NCBI RefSeq assembly: GCF_009914755.1
Contig: NC_060928.1
Source of the DNA: the human T2T-CHM13v2.0 reference genome, Homo sapiens
Reading direction: 5' to 3' (one strand)
DNA length: 64,000 nt
Shown: positions 1 through 13,542 of the stretch, one piece after another
How positions within the stretch are numbered: position 1 is the first letter of the stretch
How the letters are laid out: each line of letters opens with the position of its first letter
Translations under genes and position numbers: made by a program
The notes under the pieces: model-generated
The model's input: the letters and a program-made list of their open reading frames with translations, nothing else
Database searches by the model: none
Told to the model about the DNA's origin: nothing

Positions 1-19
1 TTAAGATTTACTGAGGTTA

Positions 20-815
20 CAAAAGAAAATACACAAATGGCCAACAAACACATGAAAAAATTCTCAACATTACTAATGATCAGGGGATTTCAAACTAAAA
101 CCGCAATAAGATACCACCTTACTCCTGTAAGAATTGTCACAATTAAAAAATAAAAAAAGATAGATGTTGGCATGGATGTGCTGAAAAAGGAACACTTTTA
201 CACTGTTGGTTGGGAATGTGAACTGGTATAACTACTATGGAAAACCATATGGCGATTCCTTAAAAAACTAAAAGTAGAACTACCATTCCATCCAGCAAGC
301 CCACAACTGGGTACCTTACCAAAGGAAAAGAAGTCATTATATGAAAAAGGCACTTGCACACGCATATTTATAGCAGCACAATTCACAATTGCAAAAATAT
401 GAAACCAGCCTAAATGCCCATCAAACAATGACTGGATAAAGAAAATGTGGTGTATATATACACCATGGAATAATACTCAGCTATAAAAAGAAATGAAATA
501 ATGGCCTTTGCAGCAACTTGAATAGAGTTGGAGACCATTATTCTGAGTGAAGTAACTCAGGAATGGAAAATCAAATATTGTATGTTCCCACTTGAAAGTG
601 GGAGCTAAACTATGAGAATGCAAAGGCATAAAAATGATATAATTGACTTTGGGGACTCAGGACAAGGACGGGAGTGGGGTAAGGGATATAAGACTACACA
701 TTGGTAAAGTGGACACTGCTCAGGTGATGGGTACCTCAAAATCTCAAAAATCATCACTGAAGAACTTTTCCATGTAGCCAAAATCCACGTGTTCCCCAAT
801 AACTATTGAAATAAT
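20..815 (+). mobile_element. L1 3' end (L1PB-like): decayed ORF2 C-terminus plus 3'UTR
   Basis: Typical L1 3' motifs 'ggccaacaaacacatgaaaaaa', 'tttatagcagcacaattcacaattgcaaaaatat' and an L1PB-type terminus 'catgtagccaaaatccacgtgttccccaataactattgaaataa'. Confidence 0.9.
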
Positions 816-949
816 TTTAAGAAATCATTGCCCAAACAGCACCCACAAAAAAGGGTTATTGAGGTTACTATGAGAATAAATAAACTTCCAACTAAAGCTG
901 TAGAGTTAGAGAATAGATAAGAGGCAAACAATAGAAAAACATATATTGG

Positions 950-2830
950 CTGAGAATGTGTCAATAATTGTGAAAGAAAATCTAAATTCTCAGATTCGGG
1001 AATCACAACAAATCTCAAGCCAGTTAAAGATAAAGATACCCATCAGTAGATTTATCAGGCTAAAATTACTGAACCCCAAGGAGAGAGATTGATATGGTTT
1101 GGCTGTGTTCCCAGACAAATCTCATCTTCAATTATAATTCCCATAATCCCCACATGTCATGGGAGGGACCTGGTGGGAGGTAATTGAATCATGGGGTTGG
1201 TTACCCTTATGCTGTTCTCATGATGGTGAGTGTGTCCGCACGAGATCTGATGGTTTTATCAGGGGCTTTTCCCCCTTTGCTCAGCACTTCTCCTTCCTGC
1301 CATCATGTGAAGGACATGTTTTGCCTCCCCTTCTGTCATGATTGTAAGTTTCCTGAGGCCTCCCCAGCCATGTGAAACTGTGAGTCAATTAAACCTTTTT
1401 CCTTTTTAAATTACCCAGTCTTAGGCAGTTCTTTATAGTAGCGTAAGAACAGGCTAATACAGAGAGTAAATCTTAAACAGCAGAAAGAAAAGATATTCCC
1501 TACACAGTGAGGATAAAAACAAACAGCATGTTTCTTAAAAAACAACAATGAAAGTTAGAAGGTAGAAAATAGAATTCCGAAAAACAAACAACTTAGGGAT
1601 ATGCACACACACATATATACTTGCAGATATAAAATAACATATACTATATTTATGGAAAAATTTATGGAACAAATTGAGTCATTACAAAAACTTAAAGAAT
1701 ATACATATTACAATGTTAAAATTTTCCATATTAATCTATAAGTTCAATTTGGTGCAATTCCAATTTTTGTGCTGTTGGTGGTAGTTGTATTGTTGGTGGT
1801 GGGGGGTGGTGGTGTTAATGTGTGTGTGTATGTGCATGCAACTAAAGAACATTTCCATTGCACTCCTGAACTAAAAGCAGAAAGTGGGGAAGTTGGCCAA
1901 GAAAAAATCAAGGTTTATTAACAAGATATAATAACATATACTTTCTAGTATTAATGAATGAATAGATAGGTTGTCTAAAAGCTACAGAATACAGAGTTCT
2001 GAAACAGAAGCGTATCGTATATATATATATATATACACACACATATATATGTATATGTTAGTATTATATATACAAATTAGCGTTATGTTCAGAATAGTGA
2101 ATTTTTTGACAGAAACTTTTTAATATAATCCGTATTTCCTATCATCTGAAAAGTATATCCTGATTGGCTAAAGTCAATATTTTTTAAATGAAAATTTCAA
2201 AATGTGAAAAAGTAGAAGAATTTTTTCATATACCTGAGATAGAAAATTATAAGTAAAACCTATATCAATAAGAAACAAACAGTGAAATAGAAAGAATTTT
2301 CAAAAGACATGAACAAGCTATCCACGGAAACATACACAAATGGTTAGTAAACCTATGGAAGTACACTAATGCCTCAGTTTTAATCAGGGAGTAAATGTTA
2401 GTGCAGGAAGATACATTTTCATACTAATTTTAATTTCATATATTAAAACCAATATCAAATGTTAGCAATGGCAAGGATGAAGGAAACCTCAGATACACTA
2501 CTGGAAATCTGCATGACTCGCTGGGGAACAATTTGCCAAAATCTCGGAAAGTTGAAGATGTAGAATTTTCTACCAAGATATTTTACTTCTAATCACTTAT
2601 CCTAAAGAAATTTTTACATAACCAAACAAACCATATTAAAATATGTTCACAACAATGAAAAAAATTAGAAAAAACCCTAAATTTTCATCAAAGATTAAAA
2701 TAGATAGGAAACTATAGATTGATTATATCTTCATTATATCTTAGATATGAACAAATAGGACCCAACAAATATTGGATGAAATCATGTTTCAGTAAAAGGA
2801 ATAAAAATTGTTTCCATTTATATAAATTTG
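950..2830 (+). mobile_element. Fragments of an ancient L1 (L1ME-like), interrupted by a THE1 LTR and simple repeats
   Basis: A-rich decayed ORF1-like pieces flank the LTR, and ORF2/3' motifs such as 'aaaagacatgaacaagc' and 'ggaaacctcagatacactactgg' follow. Confidence 0.55.
1090..1461 (+). mobile_element. THE1 (THE1C/D-like) MaLR solo LTR
   Basis: Starts TGATATGGTTTGGCTGTG, contains 'tgagtcaattaaacc', ends 'ctaataca'. The 5-bp flanks gagat/gagag match at 4 of 5 positions. Confidence 0.93.
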
Positions 2831-2864
2831 AAAATATGCAATCCAAAATGATGGTGAATATGGT

Positions 2865-3190
2865 AAACTGTCTTACTCAAATTATCTCCTGTGTGTTGTC
2901 TTTCGCTACACAGACTGGAAAGCTAAAAACATATATAGGGTTTCATATCTAATTCTGCATCTGCAATTAAATGCACTCCTGTGGGACCTGAATTCACTAT
3001 TAAGTGTAGAAAAATTGAACAATGGTAGAGGTATCTATACTGCCAGTGAATGATTACCAGGCATCACATAGCTCTGGTACAGAAAGTTCTGGTAGAAGCT
3101 GATCTCCAGAAGTGAGTTAGGTGCGGTGCTCCAGATGCAACATTGCAGCCAGCTCCAGGAAGGGGGAACACATTTGAAAATTCCCCAAAT
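2865..3190 (+). mobile_element. LTR33-like ERVL LTR fragment
   Basis: 'gactggaaagctaaaaac...aaatgcactcctgtgggacctg' resembles the LTR33 5' part and the copy at about 41.3 kb. Confidence 0.4.
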
Positions 3191-3727
3191 CTACATCTAG
3201 ATATGTATTCTAGATCTGCCGCTTTAAATACTTGTCATATGATGACATGCATTCAAAATGGCATTGTGTATAAACGAATGAGGCTGCTAATCACAAGAGG
3301 AAACCAGTACTATTAAATACTAGCCATAGGGTTGAGTGAATAATACCGAAGGCTGTAACCAAGTCATGGCACACTGGTTAGAAAACGTTACCAAGTACAC
3401 ACAAGAGATGTGTACTTGGAATTCTCACTGCAGAATTGCTTGTTACTAATAAGTATTTGCAAACAAACTCGATGCCCAACAACAAGTGAATTAATAAAAT
3501 AGAGGATTTTATACAGTATAATCCTTTAGCATTTGGTGAATAAACTAGAGCTACACATGTCAATCAAATAGATGACTGCAAAGAAATATACAGTATGTTG
3601 TCTTCTTTTTAAGATGTAACACCTACCAAAATAATATATGATTTATCAATTCATAAATATGTGATGAGATTATTTTTGAAAAACATATATGCAGATACAA
3701 AACTGCACATTCAAAATAGTGGTTATG

Positions 3728-4033
3728 GGCTGGGAGCAGTGGCTCTTGCCTGTAATCCCAGCACTTCGGGGGCCGAGGGGGTGTATCACTTGAGGTCAGG
3801 AGTTTGAGACCAGCCTGGCCAACATGCTGAAACCCCATATCTACTAAAAATACAAAAAACAGTCGGGTGTGGTAGCGTGCACCTGTAGTCCCAGCTACTT
3901 AGGAGGCTGAGGCAGGAGAATAGCTTGAACACAGGAGGCGGACGCAGGTTGCGGTGAGCCGAGATCACACCACTGCACTCCAGCCTGGGCGACAGAGCGA
4001 GACTGCACCTCAAAATAAATAAATTAATTAATT
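3728..4033 (+). mobile_element. AluS (Sx/Sz-like)
   Basis: Full dimeric Alu with TSD aaaatagtggtta at 3713-3725 and 4034-4046. Confidence 0.97.
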
Positions 4034-4846
4034 AAAATAGTGGTTACATCTGGAAAGAAACAAATGGAATTATTATACACCTACTATGTACTGACAAAAA
4101 AAATTTTTAATAAAAAAAGGAATCAGATTAGGCAGAAGGCATCGATTTATCTTTTATATTTGTGTCTTTCAAATATTCTACAGCAGATGTTGCAAAACAC
4201 TAAGATGATGTTTAGTTTAGGGGCTGGGACACCAGTGTTTCAACATATTTTAAAATTAAAAAATAACCTATGGTAGAAAAGGAATTTGTTGGTTCATGAA
4301 ACGATATTGCTAGCATTTGCCTGGACCCTGTCTCTGGTTCTTGGTGATTCTTCCAGTGCGGATATTCCTCTGTTGGCTTTGTCTTCCCTCATTATTTCTA
4401 AATTATATCCAGGAGCAAGCACAACTATGTGGTCCCTTATTTATATACAAAGGGGAGATTGTTTCTCGCCAATCAGTCACCGAATTAAATTCCTGATTTT
4501 CTTTACGAGTGGACAAATCTAAGACAATTACTGCCATGCAGAATAGTATGTGCTGATTAATTGCAGGCTTCCCACTGTACTTCTCCCTTTCAGACGCTAT
4601 AGGAGGAGGAAGAGATGGCACTGATGGGCTTATGCTAACCTCTACTAAACCTCAGAATTTGGAGGAGCATTAATACCACCAAAATCTCAGGGCTCTAAAT
4701 AGAGAAAATGTGAAATTCATTAAGGAAAATATGGGTGTTTTCCAGGAGATGGAACAGGGGGACAGGAGACTAGGTAAGCAAGCAGTAACTGAATCTCCGC
4801 ACCAAGTGCAGATCCTCAGGGTGTTTCAACATGCTGGTATCTAGGT

Positions 4847-5012
4847 CACTGTTCTGAAAGTGTGGTCCCTGGACCAACAGCATTAGCATCGCCTAGGACC
4901 CTGTTAGAAATGTAAGATCTCAGGTTATACCTCCAGCCTACTGAATCAGAGTGGCTGGGCCCAACCAGCTTTCCAGGAGATTCTGATGCCCACTAAAGAT
5001 TGAGAGTCCCTT
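4847..5012. mobile_element. MER5A hAT-Charlie MITE
   Basis: 'aaagtgtggtccctggaccaacagcattagcatc...tgttagaaatg...cctactgaatcaga...taaagattgagag'. Confidence 0.85.
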
Positions 5013-5379
5013 CTCCAGGCCCTTATAACCACACACCTCTCATATTGTGAGTACCTCACTTTGCTGCATGGAATACTATTGTTTTAAAAAATGCATTTTC
5101 AGATATACAGCCATGTACATCATGCATATTGTATTTTCAGGAAAATAAAGAGAGGATTTTAGAAGGTAAATTTGACTACATGTCAAGTTCACCAACATGC
5201 TGGCTTCAGAACCTTCACGGTAAGATACCATCCCACTACATATACAATATTAATAATACAAATGTGGAATGTATCTAGGTTTCTTGTGTTTCTTGTTGTC
5301 TTACCTTCTTCTGTGATATTATGAGTTGCTTCAATCTTATGTTTCTTGTGACTCATTAAGATTATTTTCCATGTTCTGG

Positions 5380-6120
5380 AGTGCAAAAAAAAAACTTGTT
5401 AATTTTGATAAAGTCAGTTTTTCTTTTGCTGCTCATGAAACAAAATTTTTAAAGTTAATTTTCATAAAGTCAAATTTTTCTCTTGTTCATGCTTTTGGTG
5501 TCACAGCTCAGATTTTATTGCCAAATAGATATTCATGAAGATTTATCCCCATGTTTTATTCTTTATCCCCATGAATAGTTTCATGGTTCCCACTCTTATA
5601 TTTAGGCCTTTGATCTATTTTAAGTTATTTTTTTTACATGGTATGACATAAACGCAGTTCAACTTACTCTTTTGCTTGCAGAAATACACTAGTCCCTGCA
5701 TCATTTGTTGAAGAGACAGTTTTTTCCTCTTGAATGGTATTGGCTCTTTTTTTGAAAATCAATTAAACAAAGATGTTTGGTTTTAGTTCTGGATTCTCAG
5801 TTCTATTCCATTAGTCTCTATGTTTATGTTTATGCCCACACCACACTGTTTCAATTACTGTAGCTTTATTGTAGTTTTGAAATAAAAAACTGTGAGTCCT
5901 TCACCTTTGTGGTTTTCTATGTCATTTTGGCTATTTGAACTCCCTTACAATATCACATAAATTTGAGAATTTGCTCTTAATATTATCCAAAAAAAAGAGT
6001 TGTTGAAACTTTGGTAGGGATTGCATTTTACTTGTACTTTAAATTGTTTTCACACCTTAGTAATAGTAAATGTTCCAATCTATGGATAAGGGATGTCTTT
6101 CCTTATATTTGAGCCTTCTC
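5380..6120 (-). mobile_element. Old L1 (L1M) ORF2 fragment
   Basis: T-rich antisense L1 motifs 'catttgttgaagagac', 'ttctattccattagtctctatg', 'ttactgtagcttta'. Confidence 0.8.
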
Positions 6121-8359
6121 TATTACTGTATATCTAATTAAGAAATTTATTTTAGGTAGAATTAAGGGTGTACATTTATATGATAAAATAACATATACAG
6201 GTAACAAGATTATATGTCTAAAACCATTACTTTATTACTGGCTTTTAGAAATTCTATTAATAACTGAATATGTATTGAAAAATAATGTGGTTTTTAATTA
6301 TTTTTTTTTTTACCAGAAGACATTGGCTACTATGCTGGAACTATGAACAGTTTACATGTAGCCATCTGTACTAGCAGAGACCTGACATATCGGCAATTTT
6401 TTCCTTGATATTTAAACATTATGCATTTTTTTCATACAACAAAGAACAAACTCACTGAATCACTCTTTAATTCATCTCTATTTCAAAGTAATTCAATTAT
6501 TCTGTGGCTTTTATTCAAGTTGAATGCATAATTAATTGAAAACATGCCATTGATTTTACACCACCAGAAAGGAAACAATTGCTTCCTATTTCAATGTTAA
6601 GATTCACCTTTCAATGGTAAGATGACTTCCAGTGAGGTAGAAATGATGATTCTCTTAAGGAGAAGAAACTCCTTCATAAATTATGGAACAGCATAAAAGG
6701 GACAGGAAATTGCAACACAAGTTAAAATCATTAAATAATAAAATTTTAATTCTCAAAGAAATTTGTCTGATTTGGACATAAAAAAATAAGAGTTAGAATT
6801 ATTCTATTAAGTCAAACTTTTTTCAGTTTCACAGGAATCTAGTGTGCCACTTTAAGATAAGGAATTTCACTGAGGCTTGGAAATTGACATTAAAATAATA
6901 AAAATTGGCACCTTTGAGGAAAAAGCCTTGAAATCAGCAGAAAAAAAAGTAATTTAAACTAGATTTGCTTCATGAAGTGAGGTACATCTGCTTGATGATC
7001 AGCAACTATTTTTCCAGGGTAGAAAAAATAATAGTCATTACTTTTTGTGATTTCATGTTAGTTTTTCTTATTACCATAAACATTCCTCAAACTACATTTT
7101 TGGCTCTGCTTTTTAGACTTACACGAAAATTATTTCTATCAAATAATCAGGAAGCTTTTCATGTTAAGTAGAGTTGCTACTTCCCAATCTTTAATCCAAT
7201 GGGTACATACAGAGCACAGAATATGGACCACATGGTGCTCAAGGTTTTGGGATACTCGTACTCAAAAAGAAACATCTGCCTTCTCAGGGTTTCCTGGTGC
7301 AAAAATAATGATCCTATAACCAAACAAAATGAATGTCACTTTAAATATTAACAAGGGCCATAAATTGATAAATGAATCATATGATATAGATTGTCTAGGG
7401 AGTTTAGGTGAAATTATACAGGATTTATAAGAAAGATCGACCTATCAAGGTGACAGCTGAGTCACTAAAAAGGTAAATTAAAAGGCGGGTAAAGAAGTTC
7501 ATGAAAAGGGAACAGTAAGTGAAGTGTGTGTAGATTTGAGTCGGCCTCGTTTGAAGAAATAAAAGAATGTTGCAGTATTTGTCATACAGAGAGAAAGGAG
7601 AGAGATTACACAAGATGGGATCAAATCTTGCATGGCTTATTAGAGGACGGTTTGTGGGTTTTGCTGTTGTTGTTGTTATTGTTTTGTCTACCCTATGTCC
7701 AAACCCTGCCTTCTCCTATGTGAAATGCTGTATCCTGGCAGCAAATAGGGGCACGTTACTTCAGCTCAGACAACGCTTTTAGAAAAGGCTTTGAGCACTG
7801 GGCAAATATTTAGTAAATTTAAAAATAATGTGCAATTTATCTCAAAGCATCATCTAGTGTCAGGAGCCTCAAAATCTAGGGTGAAGAATAGGGATGTTTG
7901 GGGAAGCTGCCAAGTAGGGGGAGAGGTGTCAGACTGCCTATGCTGGGCAACCTTGGAAGTGGTTCCTGCACCAGAATCTTTTGGTTACATCAGTTCTCCA
8001 AGCTTGGTTCTCTAGATCCTGTTTTCCACCTAAGCACTTATCCAGTTGATTTTTTTAAAAAAAAACTTAAATTAGCTAGAGTCTGTTTCTATTACTTGCA
8101 GCCCCAAACTCTTAGACATTGTTATAGAATATTCTTTACTAGGATCAGCTTCTTCTTAATATTCTTTTCTTTCCTTGCATCTACAGTAATTGTCTTTACA
8201 ATTGTTTATAGTTTCCCCAATATTCTAATTATCTTCACACCTTAATGTCTGCACCTGGTCTTCTCTATGTCAACCTGTGGTCAATACTCTTCCAGAAATC
8301 CTTCCCGGCCCCTACCAAACAAAGTCAATTCCATTTTCTGTACTCCCTCCATATTTTAT

Positions 8360-8735
8360 TGGTAGCATAGTCCACGTTATGCTATATTTAATAAACAAAT
8401 GTAACATCTCAGTGGTTTGCCTACTTTCAGAAACCCCACAGTAAATCACAGTTATTGCCCAGGGCACTGCTCCACAATATGACACCCATGCTATTTTGAG
8501 CTTGTGACCCCACAAGAGACTTCCATATTGCCACTGCAGAGGAAGAGAGAAACTGGAGGATGGCACAGCAGATTTTACAGCTTTAACCTCGGAGTGGCCC
8601 ACTTCTATCTGGCCCACATTTAACTGGACAGATTAATATTTAAATGACCTTGGACAACTGCAAGAATTTGGGGAGGATAGTTTTCAGGATGCTCATAGAA
8701 TAGGATATGAGAATTTGATGAAAACATAACGTCAT
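8360..8735 (-). mobile_element. Old MLT1 (J/K-like) LTR inserted in L2
   Basis: 'gttatgctatatttaataaacaaatgtaacatctcagtggtttg' at the start, plus 'cacttctatctggcccacatttaactggacag'. Confidence 0.55.
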
Positions 8736-8769
8736 GTTGGACTCATGTATCCTGTTTTCACCTAATTTC

Positions 8770-8935
8770 GTATATATGACATTGTACTATAATTTACTCA
8801 CTTACAAGTTGGTCTGTACCTTCACTATGCATTGATCCTTAAGAGTAGGGACTATTACTTCTTCCCCTCTGAAGCCTCAGTACTGAGTATCGTGCTTGGC
8901 TCTCAGTAAACACCGTTAATGTTTATGGAATGAGA
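8770..8935 (+). mobile_element. L2 3' end
   Basis: 'ccttaagagtagggacta...gtgcttggctctcagtaaacaccgttaatgtttatggaatga'. Confidence 0.7.
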
Positions 8936-10079
8936 AGGTGATAAATGGATGTTATTTTTCCACAATAACTTTCTTTGTATTATAATTCCATGATACAGTA
9001 TTAGCCACAATTCACTGAATATTAAGCATCAAAGTGCTGTGGAGTACTGTTTCCATCAACAGAGTAGGTTAAATTCTCTGGGGGCATTCCTGCTACCTAA
9101 AACCTGCATGAAACGCAAATTATACTTCATTTCTAGGCTGCAGGATATAATCAAAAACACTACAAATCAAAAGAGAGAGAGAGAGATTAAAAGCATGAGC
9201 TTGAACCTAAGTGGCAAGCAGTGAAAGCAAACAGAAGTCAGTTATGTGGACAGAAATACAGTCAGTATTGCTCTGGGGCCATGGGGCTTTTTCCCACACT
9301 TAGTAAGGGAGACCTTGAACCTGGCACTCACATACAAAATGAAGAGTTGGCAGGGGATAGTTGGGGTCCAAATCTGAAGTTATTTAGGCTCTGGGCACAT
9401 CAAATTGAATCACTCTCCACAGGAAAGCATCCTTCTACTTGTCTTCAGAGTCTGCAAATAATACCGTCAACCACATACATCTCATAATCAAATAAGACCA
9501 AAGAAACAATGAACAAACACCTTCACTGAGAAGTGAAGCAGAGTCAACAGAAAATAAATTTAGGCCAAAAATGACCTGATGGCAAGTATGTGAGCTATAT
9601 CCAGATGGATAATAACTTACAGTTACCCTCCCTTAGTTGCTCAATTCGTTTTTAAATTATAAATGGATTTTAATAAATACAAAAACTGACACGTGAGAAA
9701 TGTCACACTTTTTTCTCACATTTGTACTTCTATCAAATAATTTTGTAAAAATAGAATGCAGAGTATTTAATGTCACTGTTTATATTAGCATTTCTCAAAC
9801 TGTGCAAAGTCTTTCTGATATATTTAAAATACATTTAAAATAGTTTAAGTGACATAATATAATTATTATACTAAAATGTAAAAGCCTTTTTTTCTAATGT
9901 GACCCTATATTCATGATATTACCTTATTTACCTCTATTGATTCCCAAGCATAACTTCATTTTTATTCTGGTTTTGCCTAGTATTTGGTAAGATTATCCTA
10001 TTATTTTAAAAATGGTAAGACAGAAAATTTTGACTTATTATATTCCCAACATAATCCCCATTAAATTTAATTACTATAT

Positions 10080-11255
10080 CATATTACACAGAAAAAAGTT
10101 AACACAGCAACCCTGAAAATATCCTTAGAAAGGCTTGCTTGCATTGCTGCCTCTTGGTTGGCACTTAAAAACATGGATTTCAAGAGTGTTTCCACATGTG
10201 TCAAAGTTCTGTGCATTTTTAAATAAGAATAAAGAGTGTCTCAATGTTCCTAAACAGTTTGTGCATACAATATAATTTATATTGAACACCTGCTTTCCTA
10301 CTTGGAAGCTAGAAACTTAATATATGATAGAGAGAGGTATCCCCACAAACCCATCCCTGAAGAAAATCCCTGGGCGCTGAATTTCTAGTGTGCTTCCTTG
10401 GTAGATGACATTTCACACAAGTTGTCACAACTCATTGCTGGAAAAATTAGTCACGTCTATGTACTAGGAAATGACTTTTGGCACCTTGCACTTCGTTTCC
10501 TCCAAACTTCACCCCATGTTCCACTTTCTTTTGTTGATATTCTTTTATTCTCTTTGCTGTAATACATCATAGCTGTGTCTGGCTTATTTCACTTAATATA
10601 ATGTCTTCAAAGTTTGCCCACGGTGTGGTAAATGGTAAGATTTCCTTCTTTGCTGAGACTGAGCAAAATTCCATTGTACGTATGTATCAGATTTTCTTTA
10701 TTCATTTAGGAGTCAATAGGATTTTAGGTTGTTTCTATATTTTAGCTATCGTGAATAATGCTGCAAAGAAAATAGGAGTGCACATATCTCTTTGAAATCC
10801 TGATTTTAATTCTTTTGAATGTATACTTAGAAGTGGGATTGCTGAGTCACATGGTAGTTCCATTTTTAATTTTTTGAGGAAACTCCATTCCCAACAACAG
10901 TGACCTGCATGAGTTCCAGAGACCTGTTGTGCAACATGGGACATATGGTTAACACACAGTATTGTGCACTGTAATACATATTCAAAAGACAGATCTTATC
11001 ATAAGTGTTCTTAACAGACACACACAAACACAAAAGAACACAAGAAAATTTGGGGAGGTGATAAATATATTTGTTACCTTGATCATGGTGATGGCACAGC
11101 ACAATGTATGCATATGTCTATACTCATCAAATGTCTATCAATTATATGTCAATAAAGCTTACAAATCATAGCTAAGGGTACAACTGTATGCTAATTCTTG
11201 TGAGTCCTCCTAGTGAATCAACATAACTGGGAGTGGTCTTGGGAACCACTAACAC
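10080..11255 (+). mobile_element. MER21-family LTR, split by an L1 insertion at about 10575-11160
   Basis: 'ttccttggtagatgacatttcacacaagttgtcacaactcattgctgg' and a 3' end 'gtgagtcctcctagtgaatca...gtggtcttgggaaccactaacac' that resumes after the L1. Confidence 0.8.
10576..11160 (+). mobile_element. 5'-inverted, truncated L1MA (L1MA8-10-like)
   Basis: 10578-10889 is antisense L1 ORF2-end sequence. About 10905-11160 is sense 3'UTR ending 'caataaagct'. The flanks share atcatagct. Confidence 0.8.
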
Positions 11256-13542
11256 GCTGATGCAAAATATTAAATATTTGAGTATGTTGTTGTTGTTGTA
11301 ATTACCTAAAGATATTTTTAAGTAAAGTATGATAGAGATTTAGTCACATCACAATAGGGAATGGGAGAATAAGGATCATAATTGCAAAGACTGACCTTAT
11401 TCTTTTTCACCAAGACAGTTACAGATTATGCAGTCTTGGAGTGAACTGGGTTCACTAACTAACGTGTTCATCAACCAATATCTTCAAAAGTTCCTTTTCA
11501 GGGCCATCCTCATTTGAATGGTTTCAATTAAAAGAGAATTACATAGTATGCCACCATTAGAGTCAGCTTCTATTTTGCATTGTGTATTGCTATGAATAGA
11601 TTTTCTATGGAAATAATACCTTATTATCATCTCTAGTTGTCTATTTATATAAATGAATGATCCTTAAATTAAACTGAACTACAACATTAGCAATATACAT
11701 TGTTATGTTATAATCTGTATTTCTTTTTAGATGCATTTCAGTTTCTTTTATTTTCACTTAATTATGGTCACAATAAAGAAGCTGTAACTTGTTTTTATAT
11801 AAGCTATAGAATGATGATAAACTAATTTTAGAGAAGATTTTAAATTTTATTGCAAAATAAGCAGACAAAAATAAAGATTTATGGGATAAATGTTAAACTT
11901 TATTTTCAAAGACAATTTGAAGACTTATTCCAAAAATAAGCTATTCAATGATGTAAGTTGGCTAGAGGTTCAATATAAATTTGTTTACATATTTACTATT
12001 AAATTTCTTTGAATATTTTGTTGCATTTGCCAAATGCAATGAAAAGTTCCAAATTTTAAATTCTTTTGAAAATTACTCTAAAGCTTAAAATCTGTAAAAT
12101 ATTCATTATTGCATTGTATCTGGATACTTGAAATAACTTTTTGTTTCTTCACTTAAGTCTACTGTGTATTTGATCATACACATAATTTTCCAATTTTTTC
12201 CATTTTGCAATAATGGAGATTATTCAGTTAAAAACCATATATGCTATGGCTCATCAATTTCAAATTTAGAAAAAAGTATTATTTATCTTAGAATCAAGCA
12301 TCTTAAGATATATCACTTTATAATAGTTCTTTAATAATATCTTATTTTGATAATAATCCTGTGAGTTAACTTTTTTAAATTTCAGAAATAAGAGGATAAG
12401 TGTTTTAAGTAATTTTTGAGTAAGCTTTTTTATTATTATAAATCGTTAAGTTGTAAAGATATATATAGTATAAAACTTCTTTTTAGAGCAGAAATTCTCA
12501 AGATTGCTGAATAAATTAACTAAATTGGGGATAAATATTCAGTTTGATGATCAGTGGTTCAGCATTACTTTGGATGAGGCCTAGCTTATTGTAGTAAATC
12601 ACAAAGTTGGTAGCAACAATTAGGCCCAGCTATGTTAACTTGAAAGCTAGGTAGCTTAATCTGATCACAATAACATGGGTTACTAATATCTTCAAAATTA
12701 TGCATATTTATATGTTTCTCACCAAAATATATGAAAACAAAGAATTTAAATTGCAAAAACAGCTATTACTAATTTGACAATTTGTGAGAAAACCCATTTC
12801 AAAAAGCTGTGCTTTTCTTGTTCCATAATCCATTACCAATATTGTATTTTCAGAATATACTTAAACTAATAGAGAGTGATAATATGGTTGATATTATATT
12901 AAGTAAAGATCTGAAAATATAAGAAAAATGAGAAATTAATTATAGTGCAGGTGATATATTAAAGATATGTAAATGCAGTTATTCAAATATTTTAACATTT
13001 TAAAGTATTTTGAGTACAGTTCTTAAAAAAAATTTATAGTTTTCATGTGACAAGTCAAAGATGAGTACTAATAAAAAATCTCCTTAGAAATAGGGAATAA
13101 TTCTAACATTCATCAGGTATAAAATAATTTAAGAAATGTTAGAATTACCCCCTGAATCAATTGTATCTATGTCTATCAATATGAAGGTATATTATTGAGA
13201 CAGAGCTAAGTGATAAAAATAGTTTTCAGAGTAATGTATATAGGATGCAATTTTATTTTATTTTAGGGATAACAAGAAAACAAACATTATACCAAAAAGA
13301 ATTCCAGAATAAATATTTTTGTGACAGTAAACGCATGGAATAAGATGAAAAAGAAAACCCATCAAAAAATCCTAGTAATATACAAGTATTTTCAATCAAA
13401 TATCTATTTTCAAATTGTTTTCTCTTTATGTTTTATTTTATAATGAAAAATACATTTTTATTGAAAAGAGTCCATTATAAAAGACTAAAATTTCAAGTTT
13501 GTCTTTCCCAGTCCTCTTGCCAGTTTTTGCCTTTCCCAGTCA

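Noticed and set aside
6295-6400. Splice acceptor (poly-T then ACCAG) as an exon start
   Set aside because: No supporting ORF, matched donor or recognisable protein. A non-coding exon cannot be judged from sequence alone.
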